Origin: Candidatus Xenobia bacterium
GTDB lineage: Bacteria > Vulcanimicrobiota > Xenobia > Xenobiales > QWHO01
Assembly: GCA_045863235.1 (NCBI GenBank)
Contig: BTUM01000039.1
Location: 8,025 to 72,024 of the forward strand
Direction: 5' to 3'
Length of the DNA stretch: 64,000 bases
The position numbers and the translations under genes were made by a program. Each line of letters opens with the position of its first letter. Positions within the stretch are counted from its first letter, which is position 1. The notes under the pieces are model-generated. The model was not told the origin of the DNA. It worked only from the letters and a program-made list of their open reading frames with translations, and searched no databases. Below are positions 9,227-18,130 of the stretch, piece after piece.

Positions 9227-9592
9227 ATGCCGATCTATCAGTATCGTTGTCAGAGCTGCTCTGAGTTGCACGAGGCTTTGCAGAAGGTCAGTGACGAGCG
9301 TTTGACTACCTGCCCGCATTGCGGGGAGGAGGCTCTCAAGCGCATCATCGCCCCCGTGGGAATTCAGTTCAAGGGAAGCGGCTGGCACGTCACCGATTAC
9401 AAGAGCGGAGGTAGCTCCAAGAGCTCGGGCTCGAGCGATGAGGGAGGAGCGGACAGCAAGAAGTCCGAGGATACTTCCAAGAGCAGCGACACTTCCAAGA
9501 GCAGCGAAGGCTCCAAGAGCAGCGAAGGCTCCAAGGGCAGCGACACCTCCAAAGGCTCCGGCGACGCCAGCGCCTCGAGCAAGGTGGCCTGA
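9227..9592 (+). CDS. FmdB-family zinc-ribbon protein with Ser/Lys-rich tail
   Basis: MPIYQYRCQSC...CPHCG...FKGSGWHVTDY. Confidence 0.92.
   Translation: MPIYQYRCQSCSELHEALQKVSDERLTTCPHCGEEALKRIIAPVGIQFKGSGWHVTDYKSGGSSKSSGSSDEGGADSKKSEDTSKSSDTSKSSEGSKSSEGSKGSDTSKGSGDASASSKVA
9476..9565 (+). repeat. In-frame 18-bp tandem repeat (about 5 units) encoding SKSSDT/SKSSEG
   Basis: TCCAAGAGCAGCGACACT, TCCAAGAGCAGCGAAGGC twice, TCCAAGGGCAGCGACACC and a degenerate fifth unit. Confidence 0.9.
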
Positions 9593-10761
9593 TGCCGGCC
9601 GACCTGGGGCGAGTTCTCAATCTGATCAACCGATTCGTCCTCGAGCGGCTGCAGGTTGACCTGGCGGCCGGCGGAGATCGGGCGGAGATTCGCCTCCAGG
9701 CGCCGGCTCTTCACGTGCGCCACGAGCAGGGCGAGGGCCTTCTCTTCGAGGACATCCTGGCTCACCTGACCGGCCTGCCCACCGCTCCTCCCAAGGGTAA
9801 CCCGGTCGAGGCCCTGATTGGCTTTCAGGCCCGGCTCAACACCCTGACCATGCGCCTGATGCCCGAGCTATGGCCTCGTTTGGCTTCTTTCCTGGGTCAG
9901 AGCCTGGCCGCGCGGGGTGGGCGGCTGGTAGACCGGGTGGTGGTGCAGGAAGCCACCCTGGGTCTGGGTCAGAAGGTGGGTCCGGCAGTTCCGGTTCGCG
10001 CTGCGCTGCAAAGCAAGCAGGTACGCCTGGGCGAGCTCGAGTGTGTGCGCGTGGAGGACGTTTCGGTTCGGCTGGACGACTTCGTCCCCGGCAAGGACAT
10101 GAAGGCTGCCGTAGAGGCCTCCACTGTCGTCGTCGAGAGCTTGAAAGTGCGGGTCTTCGGCTCTTTTCTGACCCGGGCCATCGACACCATGCGCGATCAG
10201 ATCCCCTCGCTGGTGGAGAATTTCGCCCTCAGCCTCAGTCCGGGGCGGCTCACCATCAGCGGGACGGTGCGCAAGATCCTGGCTTTCAACTTTGCCGTTG
10301 ATCTCCGTTTTGCGGTGAGCGGTCAGGAGCTGATGGTGCAGTTTGAGCGTTTCTCGCTGGCCGGGGGTCTGAGCATGCCGGGCTGGCTGCGCTCGCAGAT
10401 TCTCGGTGTGGCCAACAAGAAACTGGCCCGAGAGAAGGCCGTGCGCATCGTGGACGATGTGATTTACATCAACCCCCGCAAGCGGATTCCACCCCGCTTC
10501 AAGGTGGCGTTCGACTTTTCCAAGTTCACGGTCGAAGGCAATGATATCTTGCTCGAGCTGGTCGCGCCACCGGACAAGCGCCAGGCCCCTGCCCCCAGCC
10601 AGGATGGTGAGGCGCCTGCCTCCGCCCAACCGCCGGGCCAGGCTGCTGCCACCCCGACACCGGGTCAGGTCGCCGCCAGCGAGCAGGGCGCTCCCAGGTC
10701 GGAGCCCTCCGGTGCTTCGTCAGCCCGAATGCTTCCACCCGGTCCGCCCGTGCGGGGCTAG
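9592..10761 (+). CDS. Hypothetical protein (beta-rich, Pro/Ala-rich tail)
   Basis: 389-aa ORF whose ATG overlaps the previous stop (TGATG). Confidence 0.8.
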   Translation: MPADLGRVLNLINRFVLERLQVDLAAGGDRAEIRLQAPALHVRHEQGEGLLFEDILAHLTGLPTAPPKGNPVEALIGFQARLNTLTMRLMPELWPRLASFLGQSLAARGGRLVDRVVVQEATLGLGQKVGPAVPVRAALQSKQVRLGELECVRVEDVSVRLDDFVPGKDMKAAVEASTVVVESLKVRVFGSFLTRAIDTMRDQIPSLVENFALSLSPGRLTISGTVRKILAFNFAVDLRFAVSGQELMVQFERFSLAGGLSMPGWLRSQILGVANKKLAREKAVRIVDDVIYINPRKRIPPRFKVAFDFSKFTVEGNDILLELVAPPDKRQAPAPSQDGEAPASAQPPGQAAATPTPGQVAASEQGAPRSEPSGASSARMLPPGPPVRG

Positions 10762-10991
10762 GAGTCCGGCCGGCAACCCCCCTGTGGTGTCGGAGGAGCT
10801 ACGCTTGCGGGGGGCCCTACCCCCGCCTCCGCCACCGTAAGATATTGTGGGCGGCCGGACTTGGGCGTCGTGGAGCCAGGCCGGAACGGTTTTCCGGCTC
10901 CAATGTCTTGGTATTCAAGGGGGTCGAAACCTCGTCAGGGTAGCTTTCTTGGGAGGCCTGAGGCCTTCGAGAAGAGAACTCTTTCAAGGCT

Positions 10992-11618
10992 ATGCTTGGC
11001 ACGAAGGAACCCAAGACCCGCAAGGGGCAGGCCAGTCGGGGAAAGATCCTCGAGGCGGCAGCTTCCTTGTTCCATCGCCGGGGGGTTCACGCCACCAGCG
11101 TGGACGACATTCTGCTCGAGTCTCAGATGGGCAAGAGCCAGTTTTACCACTACTTCGACTCGAAGGAGCATCTGGTCGAGGCGGTCGTGGAGATGCAGAT
11201 CCAGCGCATTCTCGGCTACCTCGAGCCCTACTCGCACTCGCTCGAGACCTGGCAAGATCTGGAAAAGTGGTGCCGCGCCTATCTCCAACTGACCGAGGCC
11301 ACCGGGCTTCTGGGTTGTCCGATCGGCATCATCGCCGCCGATCAGACTCCCGACAGCGAGATTGTCACCCGGGCTGTGCAGGCAGCTTTCGGTCACTGGG
11401 TCGCTCTGCTGGAGGGCGGGCTGATCCGGATGAAACGGCGAGGGGTCTTTCCACCGAACTTTGACACCCTGCGGGCAGCCGAGTTCGGCGGAGCGGCAGT
11501 CCAGGGGGGGATGATGCTCACCCGGGCCTATCAGGACAGCCGCTTCCTGGAACTGGCCACCAGCCAGTTCGTCGCCTATCTGCGAGGTTTCGAAACTTCT
11601 CCCTCTGAGTCCGGCTAG
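10992..11618 (+). CDS. TetR/AcrR-family transcriptional regulator
   Basis: ILEAAASLFHRRGVHATSVDDIL...KSQFYHYFDSKEHL HTH. GCPIG in the C-terminal domain. Confidence 0.93.
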   Translation: MLGTKEPKTRKGQASRGKILEAAASLFHRRGVHATSVDDILLESQMGKSQFYHYFDSKEHLVEAVVEMQIQRILGYLEPYSHSLETWQDLEKWCRAYLQLTEATGLLGCPIGIIAADQTPDSEIVTRAVQAAFGHWVALLEGGLIRMKRRGVFPPNFDTLRAAEFGGAAVQGGMMLTRAYQDSRFLELATSQFVAYLRGFETSPSESG

Positions 11619-11645
11619 AGCGCCGTCGGGCGACCGACGGCGCTC
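11618..11645. terminator. Hairpin between convergent genes
   Basis: Perfect 12-bp stem GAGCGCCGTCGG-GCGA-CCGACGGCGCTC. No U tract. Confidence 0.6.
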
Positions 11646-11651
11646 CACGGC

Positions 11652-12569
11652 TCATTGACCGCCGGTCAGATCGACCCCGCTGGGCACCAGCTTTCCATTC
11701 AGAACGTCGGTGAAGAACTGGTTCGGGAGGCCGTTGGTGAATTTGACTCCAGGCTTCCCCTGTTCTTTGCCCAGTTCTTCCAATCTCTTCATGGCACGCC
11801 CGAAGGTCTCCATCTCAGCCACGGAGAGCGGCTGGACCTTCTCGGGCCCGCCTGGGGTCTTCTGCGTTGCGGTCTTGTCGGAGATGCCGAGCTGACGCTG
11901 GCCATCGTTGATGCCCTGGCTGGCCTGGGCGTTGGCCTGGCGCATGCCATCGGCCTTGTATTCCCCGTAGTGGCGCTTCATATGCATACGCCCCACAGCC
12001 TGCTTGAAGCGAGTGCCGATGCGAGTGCGTCCCTGCGTCTTGCGCTCGAACTCCTCGCCGATCTTCTGGTCCACGATCTTGTTAAGATCGCCCTTCATCT
12101 GTTCGAGGTTGCGGGCCTTGTCCGAGGCATCCCAGACACCATCCGCTCCGGCCATCTTCTTGTGAATGTCTTGAGCCTTACTCAGCAGCGCTTTGTCGTT
12201 GTCGTTGAGCTTCAGCGGGGTGAGCTTCTTGGAGATGTCATCCAGCCCCAGGTTGCCAGCCAGATTTCCCAAAAAGTTGCTAAAGCCGTTCGAGTTTTGG
12301 CCCTGGGCCGCAGCCGCCTGGGCCCCGGCCGCGTTTTCTTCTTGCTTGGTGCTCAATTGCACCTTGTCGCCGCTCGGGTCCGCTTTCTGGGCGTTCTGCG
12401 GCGATTGGCCGGACTGTGCCCCTTGAGCCCCCTGGGTAGCGCGGTTGGCGGCCGTGCGGGTGTTGCCCCCGGCACTGGTATTGTTGGTTGAACGCGGGTG
12501 GCAGTTGCACGATGAGGAACGGTTGGAACTGACGCGCTGTGCGCGGCGCGCTTGGAAAGGTCTGCCCAT
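11652..12569 (-). CDS. Hypothetical protein with low-complexity N-terminus
   Basis: ATG at 12569 after AGGGGAG. The upstream extension in the ORF track looks non-coding. N/Q/A-rich N-terminus with GDKVQLS, then a helical domain. Confidence 0.8.
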   Translation of the reverse strand: MGRPFQARRAQRVSSNRSSSCNCHPRSTNNTSAGGNTRTAANRATQGAQGAQSGQSPQNAQKADPSGDKVQLSTKQEENAAGAQAAAAQGQNSNGFSNFLGNLAGNLGLDDISKKLTPLKLNDNDKALLSKAQDIHKKMAGADGVWDASDKARNLEQMKGDLNKIVDQKIGEEFERKTQGRTRIGTRFKQAVGRMHMKRHYGEYKADGMRQANAQASQGINDGQRQLGISDKTATQKTPGGPEKVQPLSVAEMETFGRAMKRLEELGKEQGKPGVKFTNGLPNQFFTDVLNGKLVPSGVDLTGGQ

Positions 12570-12740
12570 GCGGATTTCTCCCCTCGGATGATCTTGCTCT
12601 GATGGTAGCAAGTTCCGCGTCTGGCTGGTTAAGCAGGTGTTGCATCGGTGTAAAAAAGTTTGTCGATTTGTGAACAAGTGTAAACTGGCCAGCGAAAGAC
12701 GGCCTCCAGCAAACCTGTTGCAGGCGACCAGAACCCGTCG

Positions 12741-12809
12741 CGGGCCGGCCTGGTCATCGAGAACGAGCCGGCCTGGATATCGAGAACGGGCCGGCTTGGA
12801 CATCGAGAA
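12741..12809. repeat. Three tandem 23-bp direct repeats (non-coding)
   Basis: CGGGCCGGCCTGGTCATCGAGAA / CGAGCCGGCCTGGATATCGAGAA / CGGGCCGGCTTGGACATCGAGAA. Confidence 0.9.
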
Positions 12810-12916
12810 CAGAACACCGGCCACCGCTAGCCAGCTGCAGCGCCCGCTCAGGAAGACCCCTGCGCCGAGTCTTGAGGACCTGGCAGTGCGTCTGTCGTCT
12901 CCGAGTTCCCTGGAAC

Positions 12917-12955
12917 CAGCTGTAGTGTCAAAATGACCAGTTGACACTACAGCTG
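12917..12955. repeat. Perfect 15-bp inverted repeat with 9-nt spacer
   Basis: CAGCTGTAGTGTCAA-aatgaccag-TTGACACTACAGCTG. Confidence 0.92.
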
Positions 12956-13223
12956 ATTCGAGGATAGAAAAGAACGCAGCCCCCCACCCGCGAGCCCTGT
13001 ACCAGCCGAAGCGAGCGAGTGGCCACTCGTCGTTGTCACTGAGAGAGAATGGGCCCCCGTGGTCACCGGCGTCCTCGGCGTGAAGCGCGGCGCCGCACTC
13101 TCGTTGGCACTGAAGGAGATGGGCCTGCGCACTGACTGCTGACGAGGCGGCACTGAACGAGCAAGCAGATGGCTCGATTTTGAGGCGCGAAGTTGCTTGA
13201 TTTGTCTGAGAGGAGGCAAGCCC

Positions 13224-14513
13224 ATGTTCTTGAGGCAGCGAGGCCGCAAGATCTTGTTGCTGCACTGTGTCCGAGAGTCGGGAGGTCGAGTGCGCCAATT
13301 GCGGTTGTTTCACTTCGAAGGGCCTGAGGATCTTGGTCACTGGCTCCAGGAGACTCTTTGGTCCGAGCTGGCTGCTCGGGTTCACGCGATCGCGCCGGAG
13401 CTCCAACTTGATTTCGAGGGTTTGCGCGAACGAGCGCGCGCAATCGTCCAGACTGCGCCCAGCGAGGCCGGTGGAACGCTCGGAGCCCCGACCTCGTCCA
13501 GGCCCGTTCGTTCCACACCCCGAACTCGCCAGCCTGTAGTGCCTGACCCGGTGGGAGCCCTCAGGCTCTCAGCGCGCAATCTGGCGCATCAGATTCTCTG
13601 CCAGAATGCTGATTGTGCCCGGCTGGCCGCGCGCGAGCTCCAAGAGCTTGCCCAGTTGATCCGGTCAAGTTTGGGCCGGGTTCGTCCTAAGCAGGCGCGA
13701 CGGGCCGCAACTCAAGCCGATGAGCTCCTTCGGACAGGGTCTTTGGGGTCGGCCAGAAGGTGGCTTCGCAAGGCGGTGCGCTGTCAGCCGTTCGAGCCCA
13801 ATCTGCGAGTGCAACTGGGAGATTGCTGCCCTCCTGAGCGGGCCACGCGAACTTACCAGGAAGCGGTCGAACTGGCTTTCCATCAGTTGCCTCTGGGCCG
13901 GAGAGTCTTCGAGCCGGGTGAGCCGGAGGCCAGGCCCTACTACCACGCCCTGGGCCGACTGTCTGAGAATCAGGAGCGTCTGGGCCTGCTCGAGGAGGCT
14001 CGGCAGACTCTTCGTCGCCGTCTGGACGCATTTCGCGATGCGGAGAGCCAGGTCGCCCTCGGCTGGGTCTTGCATCGTCTTGATCGCTGGCAGGAAGCTC
14101 GAGTCCACTACCAGCGCGCCGTCGACCATCCGGTGGCTTTGTTCAACCTGGCCCAGGGTCATCTGGCTCGAGGTCAGGTAGAGCTGGCCCTGACCCCGCT
14201 GCTCAGGGGTCTAACGCTGAATGCTCGCGTCGCGCGCTACGCCGATCGTCCCCATCCGGGATCACCGTGGGAGGTGGCGCCGGAGACCCCCACTCCAGAG
14301 TATGCCCACTGGTACTGGCGGCGTTTTGGAGCCCCGTGGACTTCGGCCCAGAAAGAGTTCATTCGACTGATCGAGCGCCAGCCCGTGGTCCGCTATCGGC
14401 TGCGACAGATCTTCGAGAAACGATTCCGACCTCGGGTTGTGCTCTTCCCCCGTCATCTCGTTGCCCTTCGACGACGGCTCGATGGGCTTCACCCCCTGGT
14501 GGCGAACTGGTAG
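13224..14513 (+). CDS. TPR-containing hypothetical protein
   Basis: ATG after AGGAGG. TPR-like helices (ALGWVLHRLDRWQEARVHYQRA; ALFNLAQGHLARGQVELA). Confidence 0.75.
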   Translation: MFLRQRGRKILLLHCVRESGGRVRQLRLFHFEGPEDLGHWLQETLWSELAARVHAIAPELQLDFEGLRERARAIVQTAPSEAGGTLGAPTSSRPVRSTPRTRQPVVPDPVGALRLSARNLAHQILCQNADCARLAARELQELAQLIRSSLGRVRPKQARRAATQADELLRTGSLGSARRWLRKAVRCQPFEPNLRVQLGDCCPPERATRTYQEAVELAFHQLPLGRRVFEPGEPEARPYYHALGRLSENQERLGLLEEARQTLRRRLDAFRDAESQVALGWVLHRLDRWQEARVHYQRAVDHPVALFNLAQGHLARGQVELALTPLLRGLTLNARVARYADRPHPGSPWEVAPETPTPEYAHWYWRRFGAPWTSAQKEFIRLIERQPVVRYRLRQIFEKRFRPRVVLFPRHLVALRRRLDGLHPLVANW

Positions 14514-14547
14514 CGGCCGGCTATCGTATCAGCGTGAGCCTGATGCT

Positions 14548-15987
14548 TCACGGGGCGGCCGGGGCTGGCGTGCGGCTGAGTAGATCGCGACGAAGTTGGA
14601 AGAGTCCCTCCGAGAGCCCCACCCAGTAGATGTCGGGGTTGACCATGCGCTTGTGCTCGGCTCGCAGCGAGGCCAGACTGGCCAGGCTGCGCTGGCGGGC
14701 CTCCTGCAGGCTGGGAAACTCATAGCACAGCTCGCCCGCCTTGACGACCGGCACCAGCATCGGCTCCCACCGCCCGCTCACTTCCTGGCGGATGTGGGCA
14801 TAGAGCGGGTGGTGGCTGCGCATCGCTCCTTCGGATGGGAAGGACTCATCGTGCAGGGCCAGCACGTCCCCGTGCACCACGCCGTCGGGGCCGAAGCAGC
14901 GGTAGAGCTGCTTGATTCCCGGCAGGGTGATCTTGGCGGGGTTGCTGGATACCTTGATGCGCGGCACCATCACCCCATCCTCATCGGCCGCCACCAGCTT
15001 GTACACACCACCCAGGGCAGGTTCACCCTTGCTGGTCACCAGGTTGGTGCCAACGCCCCAGATGTCGATGCGGGCCCCCTGGGCGCGCAGGTCGGCGATC
15101 AGGAACTCGTCGAGGTCACTCGAGGCCACAATCTGGGTCTCGGTCAGGCCGGCCTGGTCGAGCATGGCCCGGGCTTGTTTGCTGAGGTAGGCCAGATCGC
15201 CTGAGTCGAGCCGGATGCCACGCAGGCTCAGCCCTTTCTCGCGCTGCTCGAGGCCTACTTTGATGGCGTTGGGAACACCGCTGAGCAAGGTATCGTAGGT
15301 GTCCACCAGCAGCGTGCAGTCGTTCGGGTAGGTGGCGGCGTACTGCCGGAAGGCCTCCAACTCGTCGCCGAAGGACATCACCCAGGCGTGGGCCATGGTG
15401 CCCTTGACGGGGATGCCGTACTGTTTGCCTGCCAGGGTGTTGGAGGTGGCCACGGCGCCGCCCACGTAGCCGGCCCGGCTGGCGGCCATGGCTCCGTTTA
15501 CTCCCTGTGCCCGGCGCAGGCCGAACTCCAGGATGACGCCATGACCGCTGGCCTCGTAGACCCGGGCCGACTTGGTAGCAATCAGGGTCTGGAAATTGAT
15601 CACGTTGAGCAAGAGCGACTCCACGAGCTGGGTCTCGGGAAGTGTGCCCTCCACGCGCAGCAGCGGCTCGCCGGGGAACACCAGAGAGCCTTCGGGCAAG
15701 GCATGCACGTTGCCCTGGAAGCGGAAGTCTTTGAGCCAGTCCACGAAGCCTTCGGGAAAGAGCTTCTGGGCCCGCAGGTAGGCCAGATCATCGCTGGTGA
15801 ATCGCAGGCTCAGGAGATACTCCAGGGCGGGCTGGAGGCCGGCTGCCAGGCAGAACCCCCCCTGCTCGGGGATCTTGCGGAAGTAGAGGTCGAAGACGGC
15901 GCGCTGGTGGAGCTTGTGGCAGGCGTGGTAGCCGCCCATCATGGTCAACTCGTAGAAGTCGGTCAGAAGCGCCAGATTCTCGGTCAT
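14548..15987 (-). CDS. pncB: Nicotinate phosphoribosyltransferase
   Basis: LLTDFYELTM, EFGLRRAQG, GTMAHAWV, LLVDTYD, GIRLDSGDL, LGGVYKL. Confidence 0.96.
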   Translation of the reverse strand: MTENLALLTDFYELTMMGGYHACHKLHQRAVFDLYFRKIPEQGGFCLAAGLQPALEYLLSLRFTSDDLAYLRAQKLFPEGFVDWLKDFRFQGNVHALPEGSLVFPGEPLLRVEGTLPETQLVESLLLNVINFQTLIATKSARVYEASGHGVILEFGLRRAQGVNGAMAASRAGYVGGAVATSNTLAGKQYGIPVKGTMAHAWVMSFGDELEAFRQYAATYPNDCTLLVDTYDTLLSGVPNAIKVGLEQREKGLSLRGIRLDSGDLAYLSKQARAMLDQAGLTETQIVASSDLDEFLIADLRAQGARIDIWGVGTNLVTSKGEPALGGVYKLVAADEDGVMVPRIKVSSNPAKITLPGIKQLYRCFGPDGVVHGDVLALHDESFPSEGAMRSHHPLYAHIRQEVSGRWEPMLVPVVKAGELCYEFPSLQEARQRSLASLASLRAEHKRMVNPDIYWVGLSEGLFQLRRDLLSRTPAPAAP

Positions 15988-16039
15988 GGTCTGGCCTTCG
16001 CGGCCAGGGGGAATGAGCCCTGGAGGGGAAGTGGCGGGC

Positions 16040-16942
16040 ATGGCCGTGCACCGAATCGAAGAGCTGAGCTGGGCGAGAATCCGCAAGCTGGCTCAGCAGA
16101 ATGCGCTTTTCATGGTGGGGCTGGGGCCCATCGAGGACCACGGCTCTCACCTGCCCTCCGGGGTAGACTGGTTCCTTACCGAGGGCTTCAGCCGCGACAT
16201 TGCCGAGCGACTGGTGGTCGAGCGACCCGATTTGGAAGTGGTGCTGCTCCCGATCTACGCCTTCGGCTCGAGCGTGCTGCAAGACCTGGGCTGTCTACGC
16301 CTGGCGCCCCCCACCCTCACTCGCACCTTGAGCGAGCTGGTTCGCTATCTCGAGCGCGAAGGGGTGCGCCGGGTCGCCTTGATGTCGGCCCACGGGGCGG
16401 TCTCTCAGGGGCTGGCCCTGAATGCGGTGTGCCGACGTTTCCGGGGCAAGCTGCGTTGTACCGCTCCCTGCTTGCCGCTGATCGCCCGCTTCTTGAGCGG
16501 GGCCTTCCGGGCTCCGCTCGAGCAGAAGCTGGGGCGGGCCTTCACCGAGGACGAGTGGAAGGATCTTCGTCACGATACCCACGCCGGGGCGTGGGAGACG
16601 GCCTTGATGTTGCAGTATCGTCCCGACCTGGTGGCCGACTACTACACGGGTCTGCCGCCCCACGTGCCCGAGAAAATGGGGCTGACGGCCCTGCGCAAGC
16701 TGCGCACCCACCGGGGTTACTTTGGGGCCCCCGCTCGGGCATCGGTGGAGCTCGGGGCGGCCTTGCGAGAGGTGCTGGCTGAGCAAGGAGCCCGAGTTCT
16801 ACTCGAGTTTCTCGAGGGCAAGCCGGCTCGAATCAAAAAGCCCCTGCTCAGCCCGCGCGATCAGATGGTGGCCGGCGGGCTGGGGCTGGCCGCGTTGCTG
16901 ACCTGGGCCTGGCTGTACCGACGCCCTGCGCGAGAACGCTGA
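16040..16942 (+). CDS. Creatininase-family amidohydrolase with C-terminal TM helix
   Basis: IEDHGSHLPSGVD, SAHG, HAGAWETA, GYFGAP. Confidence 0.88.
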   Translation: MAVHRIEELSWARIRKLAQQNALFMVGLGPIEDHGSHLPSGVDWFLTEGFSRDIAERLVVERPDLEVVLLPIYAFGSSVLQDLGCLRLAPPTLTRTLSELVRYLEREGVRRVALMSAHGAVSQGLALNAVCRRFRGKLRCTAPCLPLIARFLSGAFRAPLEQKLGRAFTEDEWKDLRHDTHAGAWETALMLQYRPDLVADYYTGLPPHVPEKMGLTALRKLRTHRGYFGAPARASVELGAALREVLAEQGARVLLEFLEGKPARIKKPLLSPRDQMVAGGLGLAALLTWAWLYRRPARER

Positions 16943-18049
16943 TCAGGCGGCCGGCATCGCCAGGCCGGTGATTCCCAGGTGGCCCGCGTGGGTCAGCCGG
17001 GCGGGTTGCGGTTCCGCTTCCCGCTCAGCCTTATGCTCGGCGATCAGCTTGGCTCCCACGCCCACGGCCACGCCGCTGGCAAGGCCAATGCCGGCGCCCA
17101 TCAGGCCGCCCAGGATGCCGCCAGCGATGGGTCCATAACGGTTGGTCTTGAACTCCTGTGAGGTCTGGTGGAAGGTCGGCTGGCCGTTCTGATAGACCGG
17201 CACGTCCCGGTAGACCGGGTCGGTTTCGGGGCGCCCGTAGCCCGAGGAAGGCCAGCCCCAGCCCCAGTTGTACTCGTAGAAATCTTGCGGGATGTTGCCC
17301 AGGTGCTCGCGCTGCATGGTGGGCACCATCCAGCTGCGAACGTGCACTTCCTGTTTCCCCAGCTCGGCGGCACCCGCCCGCGAGCCGAGCCAGGCGCCGA
17401 GCCCGGCTCCGGCTACCGTGCCCACGATGGCCGAGCCGCCGGCGAAGTCGGACAGGCCCTTGCGCTGCTCGGCGCTGAGGGGAGGGGCCTCCTGATTGGG
17501 ATCCTTGTCCAGGGCGTTGCGCAGGGCGGCGATGCCGACCCCCACGCCCAGGCCGATGACGGCCCCGCCCAGGGCTCCCAGGAAGCCGCCCAGCAGGGGC
17601 TCCCACTTGTTCTGGTGCACGAAGCGAGGCTCCTGATAATCGCCCACGTCTCGATGCTCGATGCGGGGGCTGTAGCTGTGCCACCAGCCCCGGATTTTGG
17701 TATCGCACACCTCGCGCTCGTTCTCGCCGTAGCCTTCGGTGTGGCAGTCCTGGTAGGTATCGGCGTGGGCCCAGTGGCTGTAGCCTCGCAGCGAAGGGTG
17801 GAGCACGTCGCGATGCACCCACTGCTCTTGGATCTTGTCGTTGCTTTGTGAGTTGAAGCCGGTGACCACTCCGATGGCGGCTCCGGCCACGGCCCCGGTG
17901 CCGGCACCGAGCACGGCGTAGTCGCGCGTGCGGGTCTGTTGCCGGGTGGAGTACGGGTCTTCCGACCCGATGATGTTGTCGCCGATCCAGGTGCGCGCGT
18001 CCTTGAATCCGCTGACGATGCTCTGACCAAAGTCCCTGATCCCACTCAT
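16943..18049 (-). CDS. Glycine-zipper membrane protein with internal duplication
   Basis: Four GxxxG-rich hydrophobic segments in two pairs, each pair bracketing a Trp/Tyr/His-rich loop. Confidence 0.8.
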   Translation of the reverse strand: MSGIRDFGQSIVSGFKDARTWIGDNIIGSEDPYSTRQQTRTRDYAVLGAGTGAVAGAAIGVVTGFNSQSNDKIQEQWVHRDVLHPSLRGYSHWAHADTYQDCHTEGYGENEREVCDTKIRGWWHSYSPRIEHRDVGDYQEPRFVHQNKWEPLLGGFLGALGGAVIGLGVGVGIAALRNALDKDPNQEAPPLSAEQRKGLSDFAGGSAIVGTVAGAGLGAWLGSRAGAAELGKQEVHVRSWMVPTMQREHLGNIPQDFYEYNWGWGWPSSGYGRPETDPVYRDVPVYQNGQPTFHQTSQEFKTNRYGPIAGGILGGLMGAGIGLASGVAVGVGAKLIAEHKAEREAEPQPARLTHAGHLGITGLAMPAA

Positions 18050-18130
18050 ACGGCCAAGATATCGTCAGTGGCGGGTCTGGAATGTTAAGGGCAGGTAACA
18101 ACCTGTCTTTCAGGAATTTTTCAGATTGAG

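Noticed and set aside
9476..9565. 18-bp coding repeat as a novel element
   Set aside because: Low-complexity Ser/Lys tails are usual in FmdB-family proteins.
12590..12630. Possible sigma54 promoter for the 12569 gene (AGACGCGGAACTTGCT on the - strand)
   Set aside because: It lacks the invariant GG at -24.
12741..12809. 23-bp repeats as a CRISPR array
   Set aside because: The units are contiguous with no spacers, and no cas genes are present.
12570..13406. N-terminal extension of ORF 11652..13406
   Set aside because: It crosses non-triplet repeats and the opposite-strand gene. A good RBS and ATG exist at 12569.
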